Assembly: GCF_902459465.1 (NCBI RefSeq)
Contig: NC_047065.1
Coordinates: 19,282,001-19,346,000 of the forward strand
Length of the DNA stretch: 64,000 nt
Origin: Asterias rubens
Lineage: Eukaryota
Direction: 5' to 3'
Shown here: positions 55,811-64,000 of the stretch, in pieces
Numbering within the stretch: position 1 is the stretch's first letter
Layout: each line of letters opens with the position of its first letter
Program-made: the position numbers and the translations under genes
The notes under the pieces: model-generated
What the model was told of the DNA's origin: nothing
Database searches by the model: none
Seen by the model: only the letters and a program-made list of their open reading frames with translations

Positions 55811-58800
55811 CATTATAAATATTTGCTGATTAATTGAGTTTACCATTGATATTATTTTAAAATATAAATCCAAACTACTTTTACCTCCGCAAGATTATAC
55901 GAGGATCCTTGTTACAATTCATGATTTCGTAAAATATTGGAACAAGTTTACAAAAGAGCTGTTTCATAGGATCAAAAAACAGGGGTGGATTTAAAGATCA
56001 GCTAAAATTGATACCCATCTTTAAAGTTGTGCACCAGTCTTAATTGCTAAGCAAAGTGTGAATATATCACGTTATGTTTATGGACATCTTACCGGGGCCC
56101 AATTTCATAGAGCTGCTTAAGTAGAACAGGTTATTACAGCTAAGCAAAACAATGCTTACCAAAATAAGGTTATATCAGCCAACATAACATGTCTCATGTA
56201 CAATCTGTAATATTGTTATCTTGTAATTTTGTTTGTATTAGCAAAATATTGCTAAGCAGAACTTTCTTGCAGCTTTATGAGATTAGGCCTATGAGATGAG
56301 TGCCAGTTTTTTTGTTTGATCATATGTGAGATCGAGCCTGTATGCTTACTGATTTCAAAACGTTGACAGATTATGTAAAACAGAAAATGTTCTCTTAAAA
56401 CTGGCGTGAGAATTTGAGTGATAAAAGCTTTTCCAGCAACCTGGATACATCAGTTTCATTTAACAGGTGTAAAGTATTATAATAGTGTTCATTTAGTGTA
56501 CAGGGCTGGTCGGTGATATGCGGTAGGAGGCCTACCATGTTTTTTGAAATCAAAGGTTGTGGCGACGAATTGTGTCTCTTGTGAAGTTCTACCTCTATGT
56601 CTAAAGTATGGCAATCTTTCCAGCTTCGCGTTCAAGTTTGTTTGAGTAATACCACCACAGTGAGTGACGCAGTGAACTATTTAAATGACCTTTTCGAAAA
56701 CATGGGTTAGGCTTGTGTTCCGGCTCAGGCTCGATTAGTGAAGGTGGAAAATGTTTGCTTTAGAGCACGGGGCTTTTAAAACAGGTGAACGTGAGACCAA
56801 ACCCACGCCGTGGTTTCGAAAATACATAAGTACAAAAAACCCCAAAGAGTACAGGTATACCACATAATCCATGCGGAATTCGGATTAAGGAATGTGTTTC
56901 AGTGTTTCAACAAAAGACAAAACACGTCTTGTTTTGGACGCATTATCTATATAAACCCAATACAAATTTGGCACCAGACTTTTACAAATGCCGGACTTGC
57001 TTGATATGGAGACGGTGTAGAGATATTGCCTCTTTCTTCAAGGACAGAACACAGACGATATCGCCACAGTTTAAGGACAGGAAAGTCAAGAAAACCCAAA
57101 GGATAAAGGTAGGAAACTTTCTATAAGTTTTCGCATCACACAACATAAAGCACCCTCGTGTTCATGTATGTCGTGAAAGCTGGATCATTTCCAGGTTGGG
57201 TGGTCGATATGGTGAAAGAGAAAGAACCATTCATTGAAGACAACATTTCTGCATACATTGTGTACAACTGACGTATCTCCAATAGCAAATGTAGAAACGT
57301 TGTGTAAATAGCTGTGAAATAGTGTCTTTATTGCTATTTGTATTTGTTGTTCATTATCTGTATTTAATATTGTCACGCGCATGACCGTGCTCAACATTAC
57401 TGTTACCCTCCCCCCCTCTCTATTGTGGCTTTATTGTGTGCTTGCAATCTCATAAATTCGATGGATAATTTTAAGGGGGGGGGGTACTTCGCCCAACATC
57501 AAAAGTATGTGCTTACATTTGGGGGACATGGGGGGGGGGGCGGGTGGGGGTACTCTCATGTCCCCCGTTTTGGACTTAGTTTGTCAACACCCCTCATTGA
57601 AAACGTAATGTGCGGTTAAAATAGTGTCATGCAAGTCAAATAATAAATTTTGTATTTATAATTGTCTTACTACGAAAAGGCAAATAAAAATGATTTTAAA
57701 ATATTTGAAATGCAACTATAGAATTCACTTGAAAATATTTATCGGCCATCCAACGTATCATGCCCGTATCCACTGCTATAATGTCATTTTGTTCGTGGAA
57801 TCGCATGAATTCTTTTTGGAATTTCTTTTTATTTATTTATTATCATTATTATTACAATACTAATAATAAACGGCATTTTAAATACGCTCTATTTAGAAAA
57901 CTAAATCACAGCGCTTACAATTAATATTTAGTGCAATGGGGGGGGGGGGGGGGTGGGGGTACTTTTGTACAAGTGTGTGTTTTGAGAACCATTCAGGGAC
58001 CCTCTTTGCCACATATTAAGCTTGGTATACGTTCCTAAAACCGATGACTAAACCAATTGATGTTGTCTGTACTACAACCAATGTCTCCACAATCAGCCCC
58101 TGCCCCACAAATCCCCGTCCCACAACCCCCAGCAGCAAACCAAGCCTAATCGAGAAGCAAGAATTTCCCCCGTGCCTGATTTACTGCCTAACTCATTGAC
58201 AGAACAACAAGCGGTGCATTAAAACGGTTCGTGTAGACGTTTAAATGGCGGTACTGGTAATAGAGCCACTTGAAGTCCGCCCTTCATTCTAATTGTAGAA
58301 CCATCAATAAAAGACGCATTAGGGAAACGTTTTAAGGCTGCAGCACTTGCCAGGCGCGCCGATCAGCGCATCGCATCAACCGCCCAGATCGTCTCTTTGC
58401 TTGGTGGTGGTGGACACGACCGGGGCACGGACTCGCAACACAAAATGGTTTTTAGGTATTTGGTAATGGCCTTTGAAAGGTTTGCAGTTCTGTCCTTTGT
58501 GGATGAACAAAAGGAGGGGAGAAAAGGAAGGTTAAATGATCGGACTTGAACTTGATAACATAATTTGTGACTCACGTGATTCATAGCTATGCAAATTGGT
58601 TGTTAGTAAATGGTAAACAATTTCAATGGTTGCGACATTTCAAATCATATCTTGTGTTTGCTTTATTTTATCATTTGATTCTTAGCCTTTGTATGTAACT
58701 CATCGACGTTAGACAATGCCGTACTAATATGCATAATTATTGAAAGTAATTAATAATTATTATTAAATATGAAAAGTCTTAAAGTGGTTTCTGTCAAACA

Positions 58801-61453
58801 GTCAAGAGCGGGTACTAGTGTTTGGTAAATGACGTAATTAATATTAGTAATGGCTGACGTAACTGATAGTAAATGATGTGATTGTCAGCCCTCGCACCTC
58901 AGTTAGGACTAAATTTAATCAGCATGCTGATTCAAACTCTTTTGTTAGTGAAACAGCTCATGTGTTTCTCGCCGTGGCCTATTGTTTATACACTGATGTG
59001 CAGATTTCTTGTGTCTTGTAATCTTTTTTTGTAAAGTTCATTTTATTGTATACATATTGTTTGACTCTGTGAACCTTTTAATATATACAAAAATTAAATT
59101 GTGTATTCATATCATTCTCCCACCTATGATTCAAATTTTAACATGCTCTTAAAACCCTTAATATAACAAACAATTATATATCAATAATATCATTCAAATA
59201 AATGAAGAAAACAAATACTGGAACCTAGCAGCCTGAAGACAAGTCACCCAAAACAACTATACAATCCTCTCACGTTTTGTTAGGTGTCTCTACTTTTCCA
59301 CAGACAATAAGTGTTTTTAACTGCTTCATAATTAGGTAGATCTTTACGATTGTAGCTCAGATTCCCACTACACACCGAGCCAATAGAATCGGTTCTCTAA
59401 TTAACCGCTTGTTTAGCGGTGCAGCCACGCTTATGCCTATGCTTCATGTGAGTGTACACAACGCGTAAAAAGACTACACCACCACTACCGCAAACACTAA
59501 AACGAGGAGGAAAAAAAAAGAGAAAAAAAAATACCACTTAATAATATTACATTAACCTCTCTAGACATGAACTTCAGAGACTCTCCCCTCTTTCAATTAG
59601 CTAGCTCTACAGATTGCGCAGCATTTATTTTAGCATTTACCGAAGAAATCATCCAATATTAAATTACAAGTGATGGATGGGAGCGTTTTCTTCATTAAGG
59701 GCCAAGAGTTCCTTTTATACCGACAAATACTGGTTATGGATGCAGTGGGCTAATTCAGGCCGGTAATGCATCTACTGTGTGTGTGTGTGTGTGTACGCAC
59801 TTATACCTTACCGCTCGCAGGGTCTCAAACGAGTTTGGGCGCAAACAGTGTGTGGCGGCCATGCCTTATGAATCTATATGTCCGTACGGTCAGCGCTGAT
59901 GGGTATTTCTTTGTTCTTAATTAGGCACACGAGATCTCATGATTAAACGGCACAACTGCATGCATGTATAACAGTACTTGCTTTCTTATTTTTGTGTCTT
60001 CTTCAGTTTTTCCCCCTCTCGCAACAGGCGCTCTTGCCCAATGCTGGCTTTTCATCCGCAGCAATTTCCACCAATTTAACCGTAACAAACAAAACACATA
60101 ACAGGTATTTGATGATATCTGGCGTGACCAGTAGATGCAAGTGGCTGGGCAATTCCCCCTCTTCGTTTGTTTCGTCTTTCACTTGACCCCCCCCCCCCCA
60201 CCCTCCCCCAGCCACCCTAATCCCTATTCACAACTTGCAGTCTTTGAGAGTGATCATAATTTGCAAGTACATGCTTTTCCACTCTTACGTCTGCTCCGTA
60301 GCGGTGTGATTGAGCAACTTGCAGCGGGTAGCGTGTTTGAAGCGTACCGCTGGTGCCACATCTAATCACCGTCACCCACCACCCGTGTCATTACTTTCAT
60401 CCCGTCTCATCACCATCTTGAACACACCGACTGGACGAAACTTTAGCGCCGGTGTATCGAAGCGTAACAAAAAAACGTAAGAAATTTCAGCACTGCGCCA
60501 TCATCGCCGGCAGCAAGCCTTCAAGCAATTCTGATTTTTTTTCTTCAGCCACTTAAAGTCTCCCTGTCCCCGTCTCTCTTAGACAAAAGCTTTTTATCAA
60601 CAAGTAAACATAGAATACAAACTCCAGCCACTTAGCAGCATTTTTCGTTCTATAGTGTTTACTAATTACCGCTCACTCATTGCAACAACCACGGACCAGT
60701 AACGTCAAAACCGCACGAAACCCCATCCTTACAGGATTTTTTTATCCTTTTCCCGCGCGCGCCCTTTTTGTCTCTAATTGATGCCAATGTACATCATTAT
60801 TTCCCTTGAGATTGTTCTTCACTTTGACGTTATGGTGTTACGGGTGATAATGCACCGTTTCTGTAAATTGATCATAATTTAATTTGCGTTTTTCTTTTTA
60901 GCTGCGAAGTGAGGTCGGAGTGAGATGCCAAATGGTGTTTCACTGTGTAAATAAAGACTTCTTTCGATACGATTGTACACAATAGAAGTGGTGTTCATTT
61001 CCACCACTTCGAATTGCATCAGAAACCACAATCACTGCTACGTTGTTACATTAAGCACGATTCAAGGCACTTTTGAGTTTTCCCCTGCTACCATGCCAAC
61101 ACCTTGTTGACCAAACTTACTGAAATAGTTAAAGGTGTCAGCACCTCACGTTCTTTCATGTAGGCCTACAGTTCATCTAACCGAAATGGGAACCCAGATG
61201 TGGCCCATTATTTGAAATCGATAAGATGGCAGCCGCGCTATAGAGAGCATCCGCAAAAAAAAGAAACAAATTTCAGTGCGGGTTTGACATTTTTGTTGTT
61301 GATTTATCATTCACCAACGTAATCGAATTCAAAGGTTGAGGCCACCATAGTCTGGTGCCATGTTTGTTGAACACAATCAAGTTTTAATTCCTCCAACACG
61401 AAGGGAATACGACAGGGATGCGCCTTTCGAGACAAAAACGACTTGTTTCTTGA

Positions 61454-61820
61454 ACACTATTGGTAATTGCTCAAAATAATTATTAGATAAAACCTTTCTT
61501 GATTACGTGTAATGGGGAGAGGTTGATAGTATACAATATTGTGAGAAACAACTCCCTCTGAAGTAACGTCGTTTTCGAGAAGTATTTTTCCACGCATTTT
61601 ATTTCGAGACCTCAGATTTAGAATTTGAGGTCCCGAAATCAATCAGTCTGAAAGCACACAACTTCGTGTGACAAGGGTGTTTTTTCTTTTATTTTTATCT
61701 CGCAACTTCGACGACCAATATTGAGATTAAATTTTCACAGGTTTGCTATTTTTTGCTTATGTTGAGATACAACAAGCGAGAAGACTGGTCTTTGAAAATT
61801 ACCAATAGTGTCCAGTGTCT
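61454..61820 (-). mobile_element. Family A element, one terminus eroded
   Basis: acactattggtaattgctc ... gtgtccagtgtct|ttaa. Confidence 0.83.
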
Positions 61821-61854
61821 TTAAAATATCAATGATGGATGTTGATTCACCTAA

Positions 61855-62191
61855 AGCCATTCGACACTTTCGGTAAACAGTATTGTCTAAAGGCCCACAC
61901 TTCTTCGTGTATCACAACAAAAACAAACCTGTGGGAATTTAGGCTCCATCGGTCATCGGAGTCGGGAGAAAATAACGGGAAAACCCACCCTTGTTTCCGT
62001 ACGTTTCGCCGTGTCATGACATGTGTTTAAAATAAATCCGTAATTCTCGTTATCGAGAATTGATATTGTTTTAATGTTTTCTCAAAAAGGAAAGCTTTTC
62101 ATGGATTAATATTTCAAGAGAAGTCTGTAAACCCTGTAAGTTATTTGTAAATCTGTGAACTTTTATTTATTTGTCGAAAGTGTATATGGCT
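61855..62191 (-). mobile_element. Family D element, reverse orientation
   Basis: agccattcgacactttcggtaaacagtattgtc ... gtgtatatggct|ttaa. Confidence 0.82.
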
Positions 62192-62690
62192 TTAAGGGCG
62201 TGTCTGAAATTGAACGCTCTCCTTCCACGTTCTGTGTTTCCTTACTTTCATTTAAATCATGCATTGCAATAAATCGTTCCAAACGGACTTGACCCTCAGG
62301 AAAGCCGAGTACGTGTTTGAGAAACAGTATAATCATGTTTTGATTTTTGAGTGAAAAACTGACTTTTGGGGGGAATCTTTCTGCAAATTTAGGAAAAAGG
62401 TCTTGAATTTGATAAAAACATACACTTTCAGACGGAAACACGCCATTTTGTCTTTGAGGGAGAAAATGGTAGAAAATAATAAGAAAATTTTATAAATATT
62501 TAGAAAAAAAGTTCTTAAACTCCATAAAAAGTAATCTTTCAGTTAGAAGAACGTCATTTTATTTTTTTGCCATATCTAGGTTTAGGGTCATATTGATAGA
62601 TATGAGTAGGCCTATGAACCAAAACGATGCAAGTTTTAGGGAATCTCATTTGCAAGTTGCATTTGCGTTTTAAATCCTTAGCTTATACTC

Positions 62691-62995
62691 GTCATCATCA
62701 TCATTTAGGCTGTGTTCATCCAGTGTATGATGTTGCTCTTCTTTTGTAAATACCATTTTTATTTCTTGCAGTTCTGCTCCGTGTGGTTCTAAGCCTGATG
62801 TCATCTCTCCATCTTCTTCTCTGTCCACCTCTTTTCATTTTCCTGATCCTTGGTTACAAATCCATTATTCCTTTTCTTTGTCAATCTGTTGTCATTTCTT
62901 CGGGCAGTGTGTCCACCCCATCTTCATTTAGCTTGTTGATTTGTCCTTATGTATGATTACATTCAATATCGTCTTTAAATTCAATTAGGTTTATT
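62691..62995 (-). mobile_element. Decayed 3' end of an RTE-clade LINE
   Basis: Minus-strand frameshifted peptides GGHTARRNDNRLTK, RGGQRRRWRDDI and HWMNTA* followed by a (TGA)n tail; match the RTE ORF C-terminal consensus WAGH.AR..D.RWTK...RGR...RW.DDI as recalled. Confidence 0.75.
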
Positions 62996-63186
62996 AAAAA
63001 CATCTTAAAATTACACGGCATAAGTTAAAAAGGCTTAAATGATGTCTCATGATTTAAATTTTCAATGTTATTAGTTTTAAAAATCAACCCTTGAAGTTAC
63101 ACAGAATCCATGGGACAATGACTTCCGTTGTGCCCAGCACAATTTAGGTTTTTGTTAGGGTAATCGTTGCTCACTTAGTTGATTAA

Positions 63187-63567
63187 AGGCCCTGGACACC
63201 TTTGGTAATTGTCAAAGACCAGTCTTCTCACTTGGTGTGTCCCAACGTATATGCATACAAAATAACAGACCTGTGAAAATTTTAGCTCAATTGGTAGTCG
63301 AAATTGCGAGATAACTATGGATTACCCGAAGAAAAAAAAACCTTGTCACACGAAGTTGTGTGCTTTCAGATGCTTGATTTCGAAACCTCGATTTATAAAT
63401 CTGACGTCTCGAAATCAAATTCGTGGAAAATTACTTCTTTCTCGAAAACTACATTACTTCAGAGGGAGCCGTTTCTCACAATGTTTTATACTATCAACCT
63501 CTCCCCATTAGTCGTTACCAAGTAAGGTTTTATGCCCCCCTAATAACTATTTTGAGTAATTACCAAT
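63187..63567 (+). mobile_element. Family A element, right terminus truncated
   Basis: ttaa|aggccctggacacc ... gagtaattaccaat. Confidence 0.83.
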
Positions 63568-64000
63568 TTTCTTCTATTATACGTCTAAAAGTAGGTAAAC
63601 TGTACTGATGTCACCTTTTTCAAGAACTTCATGCTGTCTCTCAATATTTTTAAAGTTTCACATCGACTTGTTCTCTGGTGATTGAGAAAAAAAGAGTCTC
63701 ACGACGAACATAATCTTTTTCGAACAGTCTCAAGTTTACTGCGTCAAAATATGAATTGATTTTTCACTTTTGTCAGAGAGGGAAGTTATTAAGCTGTCTT
63801 GAAACCCCCATCGATTCCAACGCAAGGATCGTTACAGAATGAGTTTGCGAGAGTGACTGGTATTTAACAATTACTCTTTACAGTTCCCCCAACCAACCCT
63901 TCAGTCACTAGCAGGGGTCTATGACTTGCCCTGTCCCATATTCCTGCTTCACTATTCATGTCTCGTCATTATGATAAAGTGTCTTACAAACTTGACCTTG

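Noticed and set aside
60486-60510. TTCAGCAC as a REST/NRSE site (also gcaccacgga near 4847)
   Set aside because: Only half-sites; the other half of the 21-bp consensus is absent.
2220-63608. Recurrent ORFs of the MxDFETSxSKxEVSKSN / [12 protein letters not shown] type (2220, 2234, 15947, 24201, 28595, 28837, 33492, 41904, 45249, 45322, 49399, 52344, 52411, 61457, 63304, 63317, 63423)
   Set aside because: All are translations of family A copies; short, with variable frames and stops, and no transposase motifs. Not a gene family.

Overview
AT-rich animal genomic DNA with spliceosomal introns; it is not prokaryotic and I see no CRISPR, rRNA or intact tRNA. The gene content suggests an invertebrate deuterostome, and the repeat families remind me of sea stars (unverified recollection). 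Two protein-coding genes can be reconstructed from GT-AG exons, both on the + strand. (1) The 3' three coding exons of an RGK-family (Rem/Rad/Gem/Kir) small GTPase, 8498-13888; its G1-bearing 5' exons were not found and probably lie upstream of the window. (2) A complete carbonic anhydrase-related protein VIII (CA8/CARP VIII) orthologue, 23202-48173, with 8 core exons (282 aa) plus an in-frame 48-nt candidate cassette exon. Much of the rest is non-autonomous DNA-transposon copies, mostly TTAA-flanked with AG...CT termini (Kolobok-like, at least five families), plus palindromic MITEs, tRNA-derived SINE fragments, an RTE-clade LINE 3' end, Penelope-type hammerhead-like motifs, tandem repeats and two N gaps. 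Most ORFs in the supplied track are repeat-derived or chance ORFs. All homology statements come from my memory of the families, not from database searches.
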